A stretch of DNA of 63,492 bases, the filler included, from Reticulomyxa filosa (Eukaryota > Protista > Foraminifera): NCBI GenBank assembly GCA_000512085.1. It is 17 parts of 17 records of this genome, joined end to end, with 100 filler letters (N's around TTAATTAATTAA, not from the genome) between each part and the next. Parts side by side here need not be neighbours in the genome. Positions count along the whole stretch, not along the records: positions 50,078 to 52,487 come from ASPP01027958.1; positions 52,588 to 54,189 come from ASPP01007474.1; positions 54,290 to 57,204 come from ASPP01002711.1; positions 57,305 to 58,515 come from ASPP01014901.1; positions 58,616 to 62,010 come from ASPP01017720.1; positions 62,111 to 63,492 come from ASPP01017042.1; 11 more parts are not named here. One strand, given 5' to 3'. The position numbers and the translations under genes are program-made. Every line of letters starts with the position of its first letter. The stretch's first letter is position 1. Shown in pieces: positions 50,280 through 62,406 of this stretch. Below the pieces are notes generated by a model. It saw only the letters and a program-made list of their open reading frames with translations, did not search any database and was not told where the DNA came from.

Positions 50280-51940
50280 AAATCCACGCCGCGACGGCCG
50301 TTGTATGCCTCGTTGTTGTTGTCCTTTGGAGGATCGCAAGCGCCATTTTGTCTTGAACGTCCTCTTCTTCGAATTACGTAGACACACGAATGGAAATGGG
50401 GATGCAATGCATCCCAAGCGCGCATGCTATATCTATGCGCACACGCCACATAGGGCCGACCATAGATAAGCTGCGTCACTAATTGGGGGAGTCGATGATA
50501 ATGACTGTCCACATCTGTGGACGCGATCGCTTGCAGAACATGTGACTTACGACCCACCCCTTCCAGACGATGCAATATATCCATTCATTTGCCTGTGGTC
50601 TACACGGCCTAGCTGACTCGATGGTCCATCGGCCAACGGACAACATTGAAAACGAAGGGAGCCAATTCTTACCAACAGGGAATCATACCACCACAAAAAT
50701 AATACCATCACAGGGACAATAACCAATAATTACAATATCCCAATTTTAAAAAAAACAAAGGTGTTAAAAAAAAAAAGTTAAGAAAGCACACAAACCAACA
50801 TAAATCGATGATGATGCAAGCACCATATAAAAGGCAAACGCAAATATATTTAATAATATTTGAGCTATCTTGCCCGTCCATTCCTTCATTGTTTGGCGAG
50901 GAATATATTTGTGCATTACTATATACATTATACACAAACACATACACAAAAATAATTTATATAAGTATTAAATATATATATTTATATATACATACTTGGC
51001 CTTGATGGCATGATAGGGGGTGTGTATGTCAAAATGACATACTTTTTCTATACATATACAAACAAACAAACATTTCATTTTTATTTAATAAAAAAATATA
51101 AATATACTTACCTTCTTTTGTTGTTGGGACTTCATCTCTATTCAAATAATATATTATTTTTTTCCAACTCCTTATACTTTCCATTTTTCTTTTATTTCTT
51201 AAATAATCTTTTCTTTCTTTTTTCAATCTTCTTCTTTCAATCTCTTCTTCTATTCTTTTTATTTCTAATTCTTCTTCATAACAATATGTTTCTTTGCTGT
51301 CGTCGCCGTTGTCGTTGTTGTTGCCATTGCCATTGCTTTTGTTGTTATTATTATTAATAAATTCTTTCATTACCGCGTCGCCATCGCAGTCATAACTGGA
51401 TGGCCTGGGTCTTGCGAATATACTTGATATAGTGCCGAATAGCCTGCACGTGTTATCAGTCAGCCGCACCGATGGCAGTGTATCGGTGGTAACTGTTGTT
51501 ATTGTGGCATCTACCATCGATTATAAGTGCGCACCGATCTCTGACGATGCAGGATATAATCTTCTTGCATTGCGCACTGTTCCTATGCGCTCTGACGATG
51601 TAGTTAATGGGGCATGTGATAACAGTTTCCCCAATTGTTGTGTGGGTACGTGCCCTATGTCATGTGCCATTGGTCTTGTAGCCACTGGCCCTTGTAATGG
51701 TGGAGATAGTGATTGTTGTGGCGATGTGTGTGATGGTGATGATTGTGCATCCATCATTAATTCTTCTACTGGCTCTTCGGCCCGGTCACTATCACTTATT
51801 TATGATAGTGACTCAAATATGGAATTCGGCCTTGGCAATCACTTTGTCCTGCAGCCGATTGCTGCTTTCTTGAATTGAGGCTAAGCATACCCAAGACAAA
51901 CTCTGTCTCGACTTCACTGTCGCTGTCTGTTTGGAGTCAT
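50280..51940 (-). pseudogene. Low-complexity protein pseudogene: frame intact but five in-frame stops
   Basis: From ATG 51940 one frame runs through ORFs 51521-51757 and 51029-51517, with stops at 51916, 51883, 51841, 51802 and 51523. Confidence 0.6.
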
Positions 51941-52607
51941 TATACATAAGAGACAGTTTGTCAAAAAAACAGATTGTGTATTTGTCTTGATTTTTTACAG
52001 AGAAAACTTGCAGAAATCATACAGTTTTTGTTTGACATATTTGTTTTTTTTCTTTTTTTTTCCAAAATTAGTTATTGGTTGTTGTTGTTGCTGTTGTGAC
52101 TGCTGTTCACAGTACTTTTTTTTTAAGAAGAAGTACCTTTATCTCTTCCTGTTTGTTTGTTGCTTGTGAGTGTCTGCAGTGTAGACTGTTTGTCTTACAG
52201 TCTCTTTCTTTGTTGTCTCTGCTGAAAAACTTTTGTTCCTTCTCGTAAGAGGTTTTTTTTGGTGTTGGTTGCATGGACAGTTCTGCAATAGTGCGAAAAA
52301 AAGTGATGAAATAATGATGACGATGTTTGTTAAGAAGTTTTTGATTGCAACAACAAAAAAAAAAATTGGTTGTTCATGTAAAATTTTTTGTGGAAAAAAA
52401 AAAGCGGATAATAATTTTTTGTTCAAAAAAAAAAAAGGTCTATTAAAAAAAAATTATAAGAATTTTCTTTGTAAGTAAAATTATTGGNNNNNNNNNNNNN
52501 NNNNNNNNNNNNNNNNNNNNNNNNNNNNNNNTTAATTAATTAANNNNNNNNNNNNNNNNNNNNNNNNNNNNNNNNNNNNNNNNNNNNAAAAAAAAAAAAA
52601 AAAAAAG

Positions 52608-53465
52608 TGGGGATACAGTGAACACCGCATCTCGCATGGAGTCGACGAGTGAGCCAGGCAAAATCCACTTGAGCGAGGAGTTTTACAACAACCTCCATCC
52701 GCTGTTGCAAACGTTTTGCGAACGACTGACGCCGATCCCGGTGAAAGGCAAGGGCATGATGACCACGTACTACCTGCACAAGATCCAGTTTGATGAAAAC
52801 TACTTGCCGATCATTCCAATGCATTTGGTGACGCAGCAAGCTCAAGCCATTGGATTGATGTCGCAACCCACTGCAAACAGCGCCATGGTCGCTGCTTCCA
52901 ACGCTGCTGCTGCTGCTGCTGCCATGGGCACTCTCGGCAGTGGCGACATTCATCATGGGTACAGTCAGACGCACACGGCGCTGCCGCCGTCATCGTCGTC
53001 GTTGTCTGCCATTGGCGGCACGGGTTCGAGAAAGAACTTGGGCGAAGGAAAAGATATGAACAATGGAGTTGGAGTTATTGGAGGACTTGATAAGTCAGGC
53101 ATGCCGTTGTCCATTAAAGACGACTTTGATGTGATGCCGATCACAACCCCATTGCCCATAATGTCTGCACTCGAACACAGACTGCGCTCGGTGCCCGGGT
53201 CGCGTCGCGCCTCGGTGACGACCAAGGCCATCGGCTCGCCCTTGCAGGCCCTCGCAAAGGTCTCCGAACGCGACTTGGCGTCCAAGCGTCCGAGCGAGCG
53301 TCTGCCTCCTATGCACGATGTGGATCAGCTGGACGAACTCGAGTCTTTGCTCACCATCACCGAGGAAGACCACGCGCATTCCCTGTCGAGGATGATCAGA
53401 TTCATCGTGAGCATCTCCTCGTCTATGATCACGATTTCGAATACGGTCTCAATCACGATGATAGC

Positions 53466-53520
<55 letters not shown>

Positions 53521-54189
53521 TAACAATAACAATGTTAAGACAAACAATGATATTGGAAATGGCCTCAATGTAAACAATAACAATGTTAATAATAACGGTA
53601 TCAATAATACCAATGTTAATGTCAATATCAATGCCAATGCCAATGCCAATGCCAATGCCAATGCCAATGCCAATGTCAATGTTAATCTTAATCTTAATGT
53701 TAATACCAATATCAATACCAATACCAATGCCAATGCCAATGCCAATGGTAACAATGACAATGTCGTTCGAGATGAACTCAAAATGGAGTCGTCGCTCATT
53801 GCAACTGTGCTTCCGATCGAGAAACGCCGTAGCGAACACGAGGTGCTGACCATCAACGTGCTAAGCGGCAAAGACCCGGAGAAGATCCAACGCACCGCCA
53901 CAAACTTGTCCAACTCCGCCAAGGAGGACGAAAAGCAAAAGGAAAAACGCGCGGAACACCACCACGTGCAAATCGAACCTCGCATGCAAGTGCGACTTGA
54001 GCGAGGTAATGATGATGATGATGATGATGAAGACGAAGGACAGCTAGGGGAGCTAGAAGAGACCAGAGCAACCGAGGCCACATTGGATGAAAGTGTCCCA
54101 TTTATGTCAGCCATCCATGGCGGCAGTAGTGCCGATCCAACGAACAAATCAACAAATGCTGTAACGAATAACAACAACAACAACAACAA
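52608..54189 (+). CDS. Class III adenylyl/guanylyl cyclase C-terminal part with long disordered tail (both ends truncated)
   Basis: [23 protein letters not shown]...[14 protein letters not shown]. The poly-Asn and (NA)n tail is interrupted by frameshifts. Confidence 0.92.
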
Positions 54190-54289
54190 NNNNNNNNNNN
54201 NNNNNNNNNNNNNNNNNNNNNNNNNNNNNNNNNTTAATTAATTAANNNNNNNNNNNNNNNNNNNNNNNNNNNNNNNNNNNNNNNNNNNN

Positions 54290-54726
54290 AAACTTTGTTG
54301 AAACAAATTCATTTTGGAAGTGGAGGTGGAAGTCCAGTATATGCAAAATTATCTAAGGATCTTGCTAGTTTTTTTTCATTTGAGGAAATTATTAAAGATG
54401 TGGGAAGTGGTGGTGGAATAATTGAATTGCTAATTGAACAACAATTAATCAATCATGGATCGATTCAATCAAATGGAGGGAATGGATGGGGTGATGTTGA
54501 TGGTGGTGGTGGAAGTGGAGGATCAATATTGATTGAATTGCAATGTCAATCCCAGTCTTATTCAAATAAATTGAAACAAACTTTTGGAACTATCACATGT
54601 ATTGGAGGAAACCAAAATAAACAATATAAAGGTGGAAAAGGAAGAATTGCAATTTATGGTATTGAATTATCATCAGATGATATTTTACAAATTGATCCAA
54701 AACCATTTAATAGGCTCCACAAATAA
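54290..54726 (+). CDS. C-terminus of a glycine-rich repeat-family protein
   Basis: HFGSGGG, GSGGGIIEL, GSIQSNGGNG, GGGSGGSILIEL, GGKGRIAI motifs; AT-rich codons; 5' truncated. Confidence 0.65.
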
Positions 54727-57304
54727 TTTCATTTTATTATTTTTTTGTTTTCAAATTGTCTTTTTTTTTGCCAGTTTCAAATTATTTTTTAATTTGAAAG
54801 TTTAAGTATTATGAAATAGAACTTACTTTCAATAGTAACTAGCGACAACATCATTTTGTTAATGAACGACGTTAAAAATACTTCAAATTTTACAAGACAT
54901 TTGTTTTATTTTTATTCCGTTAATGTAGTAACATTTTTTGAATATTTTTCTCTTTTTGACCATTCTTTAGTTAGTAAATATTGGAGGAGATCATAGTTGA
55001 TTGGAGTAAATTAAGATTTTTTTCTACAAAGTAATAATTCAATATACAATATTTGAATTGGATCAAGCAAAGTTGTTTGAAGAAGCTGGCAAGAAGGTAA
55101 ACCTATACCTGTACAATTTCACATTAGTTAGAAAAATTTGCAAAGAAAGAAGTGAAATAATAATAGTGTCCATCTCAATTTTCCTCATTTTTTTTGAAAT
55201 ATTGATGCAGGATTTGAGTAAATTTACTGCACTACCGAGTTATTGCGGATTTTACCAAAAATATTTCCACACTTTGTATGTGTATCCATTTGTGTTTGGA
55301 CGCCTTGAAGTAAGCATTATTTTACTATCATGTATTTATGTACAAATATAAATGTTCATTGATTGGATATAGTGCTGAAGAAACGAATGAAATGAGATTG
55401 CTTCAATCACAACACGATCAATAGAGAAATTGCTTTACATAATTGTGATTGTCCAAAGTTTGTATTTCCCAGGAGATGAATCAACTTTTTTAACAAATAT
55501 TTGATATTTGTTACTGACTATGATGTCACTCAGCACATGTGATGAAGTATACAATTCTGTGGAATGATTCATTGTCACAAATGATAAGATGAACACGCAT
55601 ACTGTATTGATTTGATACACACTCTTTGCGATCAATGACAATTGTTTCATTACACCGTTTCAAAACCTCACTTGTAAGTGACTGTATTTTATTTTTGGAA
55701 GACTTGTTGCTGTTAAAAGAATTATCACATTTGAGATGCTTTATTGATATTTATTTGTTGGTTGGAAGTGATATTTACTTTAACTTGGATTTTCCTCATG
55801 CTTGTGATATTATCTATCTCCTTGATTATGTCAATACACCAGAGTTAATACTTGCTTGTACAATACTTGTGAATGACAATGGATACTTCTCTGCTTGTTA
55901 AAACAAACGACAAAAATGCTTACAAATGAAAGAAAATCTAGTTTAAGACATAACTGTGAAATCCAAATTCGTTATATATATATGTATATACAATCTTCAT
56001 TTTTATTTCTTTTCTTTGTCAATTCAACATTATTGGATAATAATTTATAGAAGATAGTAATAATAAATTAATATTTCGAAATTATGTTAATCTTAAAAAA
56101 TTGAAAAGGTAAAGAGCTAATTTGTTGATCATTTGGTGAAAATACTATCTCATTTATTTGAAAGTGGAAGTAGGACAATCCAACATAAAACGATGGTTTT
56201 TGTAAAAATTATTTTTTCTCAACTCTTCCAGCCATATGTTATCTTTTCATTTATCCTTTTTCGCAACATAATTATTTTATTACAATTCCTTTTTTTCTTC
56301 ATTTGTATTTCAATTCAAAGTTTATTTCAACCATTTCTATTATTTTTCCATTGTTGTAATGTTAAAATGTTATGAAATTATATCCAAAACTTATTAAATG
56401 TATTTCCTTATTTTCTTTTTTTTTTATTCCAAAACTAATAAATTATTCAAAACAAATTGGAGATTTTATTAAAATTAGAGCAGTTGCTTGGGCAGGTTTT
56501 GTTCCAACATTGATTACTGGATGAGCTGCCGGTACAGTATATTTCTGTTTTGCTGAAAAGTTTGTCTGTAGCAAAAACTGCAAACATTGGCCGTCTCAAC
56601 ATGTACTTTCCAAACAAATCCCAACACGAACCCTGAAAACTGCAATACTTCCTAGTGATTGCTCATTTCGCACTGAGACTGACCATGAACTTTTAAAACA
56701 GAAACTTCTCCTTTCAATCCAAAATCAAATCACTACGTTCAAAGATCAAAAATAAACTTAGACAAAATACAAATGTGGACAAAAGTTTCACTTTTCGTTG
56801 AATAAAAATCGGCTATTTGCATTAATTTTTTAAAAAGTTTGTACTTCTCTTACATAATTTAGTTATTACACTTTCATTTTCATCTCATTCTCCAAATGTG
56901 AAATTTTGGAATGCTTGTCTATAGCATTTCAATTTGACTCTGTATTCAATATTTAATCTTTTCGAAAAACACTTGCCACTTTCAGTTTGGATTCATTCAA
57001 GAATCGAAACTTGAATCAAGTTAGAAAAAAAAAGGCTCACATTAGACAGAAATGTATATAGTATCAAACATCAATCTGCACAAAGCAGTTTATGAAAGGG
57101 CAAAATTTTGGAAAAAGTTGACAATAGACAATGACGCATTAATTTGTGTTTGTGTTTTTGTTTTTTTTGAATTTTACAAAAGATAACACTTTTTTGTTTT
57201 TTCANNNNNNNNNNNNNNNNNNNNNNNNNNNNNNNNNNNNNNNNNNNNTTAATTAATTAANNNNNNNNNNNNNNNNNNNNNNNNNNNNNNNNNNNNNNNN
57301 NNNN

Positions 57305-57344
<40 letters not shown>

Positions 57345-57347
57345 GAA

Positions 57348-58488
57348 CTTTGATAGCGGAAGGTTTGACTCGAAGCATTAGAATCAAATGGGTAAAGATT
57401 TGGGAAGAGGGATCGAGTTGAACGGATCGTAAGTACGCAGGATACGTACAATAGTTGATGCATGGACTAACAAAGACATTGTTTGTAAAGTCTTCGTCGC
57501 CATGTAATTGGCTCTCGGTAATATGTCCATCTGGAATGGACAGTTGGTAGCCGCTCATGCTGAGCACGGTGCCAGGGGTTACTAATTGATCTCGCAAAAT
57601 GGAGGGAAGGAATCTCATGTCAGTGCCATGGTATCCGATGCACCACTCTTCGATATCTTCCTCTTTTTTTCTTCCTTCTTCTTCTTCTTCTTTTTGTTTT
57701 TCTCCTTCTTTTTTAGTCTGTTCATTGCCTGGACTCATTTTTTTCACATTCAATGCATAACGCTTCCACCCCAATGGCAGGTAATATGTACGTCCTCCTC
57801 GCACATAAGGCTGTCGATCCTCCTCACTCAAGTACGTATAATCGCGATGGAACTTTTCGTTGAAGGTGGAGCGGTCCACCCAATGGCCTAAAAACTTGAC
57901 TTGCTCTCGAATCCAAAGGTCGTAATATCCAAACACGCGAACTTGGAGCCACTCCTTATTTGGCTCTGGCTCCGCCACGTCCACACGCTTCGTGTCTGTG
58001 AACCACCGTTGCACTTCTTTCCAATGCCAATATGTTTTGAACTCATTCTTTCGATTGCTTTCCAATTTCCAATGCAATATCAGAGGCACTTGAAATTTGA
58101 TCGATTTTTTTTTCTCTTTATCTTTCCCATTTTTTTTTTCTTTTTTTTGTTTTTGTCATTGTCTACTTCTGTGCTTTTTATCATTTCCGCTACATGCTTT
58201 TGGGCAATCTTGCGGTCGTCCTTGCACTCAATCTGTGGATACGTAATCCGCACGCGCAGATCGTTCTCGTATGCGTTGTCACATGCACGCGCCTTAATTA
58301 ATTGGATGCGAAACGGAAAGTCGCGCAAGACTGGAGGCACTTCCACCCTCAGTCTCTTCCCAAGGCTGATTTCTGTTGCTTCATTGCTGCTACTTTTCAC
58401 CTGCCATACTAAAATATCCTCCAATACTTCCACTCCTTCTTTTTCATCTTCTTGCGATGTGTCGTCTTTTACGCCTCTTTTTCTGACT
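57348..58488 (-). CDS. Internal exon of a NEURL4 C-terminal-like ADP-ribosyltransferase-fold protein
   Basis: RGGRTYYLPLGWKRYALNV, EWCIGYHGT, LPSILRDQL, VFVSPCINY...AY, LMLRVKP. Bounded by a poly-A/AG acceptor and a GT/poly-T donor. A-run frameshift near 58110-58140. Confidence 0.72.
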
Positions 58489-58639
58489 CTTTTTTTTTTT
58501 TTTTTTTTTTTTTTTNNNNNNNNNNNNNNNNNNNNNNNNNNNNNNNNNNNNNNNNNNNNTTAATTAATTAANNNNNNNNNNNNNNNNNNNNNNNNNNNNN
58601 NNNNNNNNNNNNNNNATATATATATATATGTATATATTG

Positions 58640-61545
58640 ATTTATTGGGTCAAACCGTGTTTCAAAATGAATGCGACAAATCTGTCGATACTGCAGTCGC
58701 GAGTACTCTTGGAAACTTCCATGTATTTCAACAAATCCAGTTTGATGCAGTTTTTGACGATGACAGCCAAAGCCCTCAAGCGATTGGTTGAACCAAGAGG
58801 GGCAACAGACCCAATAGAATTTTGGGCAAGACAAAATCTTCTTCGGATTTGGGTTCACGAACACTATTTTTATAATTGTCCTGACAGAACTGACATTTTT
58901 CGATCAGACCATCGATCCACTCGTCATCACTTTGACACTTTTGATCATCGAATTTCGAAGACGACTTGTTCGTGTGCAATTGGTCGGCGCAATGACGCAG
59001 CACAAACCACACTTGGTCAGTCGCCTTCATGTCTTTTAACTTTTGCAAAGTGAGCGTGTTGTCATTCATCCCCCACTCGTAGCATACTTTATTGCACCAG
59101 TTCAAGTCTTGTCGCAGTTGATTAATGTCCGCACCGCGACAGCCACGCTCTTGGGCGAATTGGCACAAGAGCAGACTGTTTTCGATATTGCCACAGCGCT
59201 TTTCGATTTCGCAAATTCGGGACACATACCATTTTTCAATGTTTGTAGACCAGTCTTCCGACGTCTTAGTTTTGTCAGTTTCCTTTTTCTTCTCTTCCTC
59301 TTCTTTCTCTTCATTATCTTTCTCATAATTATACCAATGACTCAAATAAGGCCAAATAGAGGCTTCATCGTTGGTGCATTGTGGTAATATCTCGATATAG
59401 CTGTCCGGACGAACGACTTCCGGAATGGTGGCCACGATTTTCAATCTGCTTGCAATGTCCTTCACTTCTGAGATGTGATACTTCCAGCACAGCTTCAGTT
59501 CGTCGATGCGATTGTATTCGGCCAGACGACAGCACAAGTCGCGCATGTCACAGCACTTTATGAGCTTGAAGTTGTCTGCGAACAGCTCGACGTTGGATTT
59601 TTGTTCATGCGACTGCGATTGCGACTGCGATTGTGACTTGGTAGTGTATTTCGAGGCCACAGCCGTAGAGGAGTCGTCCAGAATGCATTGGACGTCAAAC
59701 TGTGGAACAGCGTCCATGATGGTGCGCAAAGTCTTTAATCGTTCCAAATACGCAACGACAAGTCGACGATTGTGCTGTTGCTGTTGCTGTTGATGTGGAT
59801 CAGATATAGAGGACAACAGATCGAGCACTAAACGAAATACACCATTCATGGTTTCAAAATCTCCAATGTCTATTTCAGACTTTTTGAATCACCCAATGCT
59901 TATCTTTTATGCTTTGTAATAAGCTGATCACCGTTCGCAAAGTCTTTTTTTATTGTTGTCATTGTTGGCCTTTGATTGATCTATTGTTTCATTTTCATTT
60001 TCATTTTGATTTTGATTTTGATTTTGATTTTGGTCTTGTTTTTCGTCCATCTCTTGCTCCAATCCAATTGCAAGCGTGTCGATGGATGCACCCTTTTGAA
60101 ACGCTTGCAGCAGTGCGTTCAGTTGTTTTTTGCGCACAATGTCTTCGTTCAAACGACAATGTCTTGCCAAATTTAGCGCTTGCTCAAACTCGTGGTTTTT
60201 CAAATAGCGTTGAAACAGCTCCACTGGCTTTAACGTTACAATCGAAGATAAATGCCAATAATGACGCTTACGCCATCCATAGATTTTGTTTTCTATGTTT
60301 TTTTTTTTTTTTGCAAGAGAAATGAGAATGTTCTGGTTCTTTTCTTCCCCCCCCCCTTTTTTTTTTTTTTCCTCCTTCGCTATTTCATTTTTGCAAGGAC
60401 AAATATAAAATGCAAAAATACAAAACGCTGCTTTTCAATAGCGTTTTGAGGATTGGAATGAAAAGAGAGAAATTGATCATCTTCTCGACGCGTGTAATTT
60501 TCAAACAATTCCAAAACGAACAATTGACGAAGAGGTGTGTCAAAGGAATAGGTGGTGTCATTGTACTTGTTGTTATTACTCTTAATTTCGAGTTCATTGT
60601 CCAAATCACTACCACCATGATGATGATGATGATGATGATGATGTTTGTTGTGATCGGCATTGGCGGATCGCAAGAACGAAGGATGCACGGAGAATGAACG
60701 TGACAAGACAGGGACGGAGATGAAAACCTCTCTCTGAGGTCCCAACAAGTGGTATTGGAACAGGGCCTTGCGATCGGATAGATGTTGTTGATGCGATAAC
60801 AAGAGCAGATGAACAAGGATCCAAGAGTAGTCCGAAAAGCAAATGAGCAGGGTTTGATGATCGAACCACTCGCAATCGTGAATGGAGTACTGCAGATCCC
60901 ATGGGTCGGACATGGAGAATGTGTTATTGATTCGTGTGTTGATTTCCAAGACGCCGCTGACAGCATCAAAGTCGTATATTTCCACGTTGCCTACAACGTC
61001 CACACATAAGATATGCTCGCCTCCATTCGGAGACACACGGACTTTTCTGCCCATGTATTTCACCTTGCGATCCATCAGTGTGAAGAAGATCGACTTGTTG
61101 CCGAACCATCCCGTTTTGGGGATTCGACTGTGCACGTGACTTATTATCTGTGCTGCGTCTTCATCTAATCCAAGGATCATCAATCCACTACCCAATACTT
61201 GTTTTGTTTAGTCATTATTTGTTGTTATCAAACAAGTTTTACATTTTACAAAAATAAACAAATAAATATGCCTTACCATTTTGTTGAGGTTTGGTGTCGG
61301 TCAAATGCTCTGGCTGACAACTGACCACAACGTACTGCAAAGTGTCCAACACATCCATGCCGTCGAACCACCACTTGGTGATTGTCGCGTCCGGGTATTG
61401 CAATTGTGTGAAGCGATTGGAGGATTCAATGTCGATTACCTCTTGGGTTTCATTCGATATTTGGATCGCTCTTCGAACCAATAAACCAGACTTTATTAAC
61501 ATTATTACTTCGATCCACACATTGTTATTATCAATATTATTATTA

Positions 61546-61592
<47 letters not shown>

Positions 61593-61790
61593 GCCTACAT
61601 TTTTTCCAATGTTCTTTGTGAGTCCAAACCCCTTTCGACACTTTCTCCAAATCAGTCCAGTCACCTCACCAGGGGTCTTCATGTCGTGTCCAAAAGATAT
61701 CAACATGCGGCCGTTGCTGCTTTCATACACTGACACACTTCCCTTTCCAAGTCCGTTTCGCACAGACGTTTGTCACAGAAAACACAATAC
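58640..61790 (-). CDS. NBAS: NBAS/Sec39 (NRZ/Dsl1 tethering complex) homolog, partial
   Basis: Beta-propeller-like N-region; ELFQRYLKNHEFEQALNLARHCRLNEDIV; RLKIVATIPEVVRPDSYIEILP; WYVSRICEIEKRCGNIENSLLLCQFAQERG. These resemble conserved NBAS blocks. Confidence 0.83.
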
Positions 61791-62110
61791 GCAAATCGTG
61801 GAAGTAGATTTTTTTTTTTTTTTTTTTAAAAAAATATTGCTGTAAGTGCATATGTTTGTCTCTGTTCCGATCACTCAACAAAAGCAGAGGCCACCGCAAC
61901 CAATTTGCCACGAGGCGACCATCTCAAATGTCGAAAAGGAGTATACTCACGAAAAGTTTTTGGCAAGGAAATTCGCACCTCACTTTTATTTATTTGTTTA
62001 TTTATTTAATNNNNNNNNNNNNNNNNNNNNNNNNNNNNNNNNNNNNNNNNNNNNTTAATTAATTAANNNNNNNNNNNNNNNNNNNNNNNNNNNNNNNNNN
62101 NNNNNNNNNN

Positions 62111-62350
62111 ATGCCGAGCAACGTGCTGTCCGGCCGGCCGATGGCGGCCAAAGTGAAGAAGGGTACCGGCTTCGGCGAGGCCGGTACGCCCTTCGCCGCC
62201 GAGAAGGACCCTCTGATCAAGCGCGAGACACTGCAGCTCGTGCGCGCCTACTACAAGATTCGTGAGAACTCCGTTCGCAAGCGCGTCTACGAGCTGGTCA
62301 AGACCATGGGCACCACCGGCAGCACAGAGACTGCAAAAAAGAAGAAATAG
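62111..62350 (+). CDS. C-terminal part of an alphaproteobacterial XRE/HTH transcriptional regulator
   Basis: DPLIKRETLQLVRAYYKI....VRKRVYELVK is the typical C-terminal helix pair of this regulator family. GC-rich; 5' truncated. Confidence 0.7.
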   Translation: MPSNVLSGRPMAAKVKKGTGFGEAGTPFAAEKDPLIKRETLQLVRAYYKIRENSVRKRVYELVKTMGTTGSTETAKKKK

Positions 62351-62368
62351 GCGCGCTCATACTCTTGT

Positions 62369-62394
62369 TCCTCGCCCCCTTTCGGGGGCGAGGA
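62369..62394. terminator. GC-rich hairpin between convergent genes (terminator or REP-like)
   Basis: tcctcgccccc-tttc-gggggcgagga, 11-bp stem, no clear U-tract. Confidence 0.6.
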
Positions 62395-62406
62395 GTCCGA
62401 TTCAGA

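Noticed and set aside
45867-51940. Alternative genetic code with stop-codon reassignment
   Set aside because: Conserved genes in the window have no in-frame stops in their exons and end at TAA or TGA at the expected C-termini. In-frame stops are confined to a few decayed loci.
7204-54189. Numerous antisense or alternate-frame ORFs with poly-Ile/Leu/Tyr/Met/Cys tracts (e.g. 7204-7584, 12924-13274, 19523-19864, 21717-21956, 53449-54189)
   Set aside because: Shadows of (AAT)n, (CAT)n and hexanucleotide microsatellites within real genes; no independent coding evidence.
54900-57204. Coding-like fragments at 55000-55900 and 56470-56720 (similarly 40900-41400 and 49600-49977)
   Set aside because: Interrupted by stops with no motif I can recognise. 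Probably decayed genes or repeats, but not supportable without a homology search.
10876-62110. Regularly recurring TTAATTAATTAA palindrome flanked by N runs, as a repeat array or CRISPR-like element
   Set aside because: Exact 100-bp synthetic contig linker with six-frame stops; not biological.
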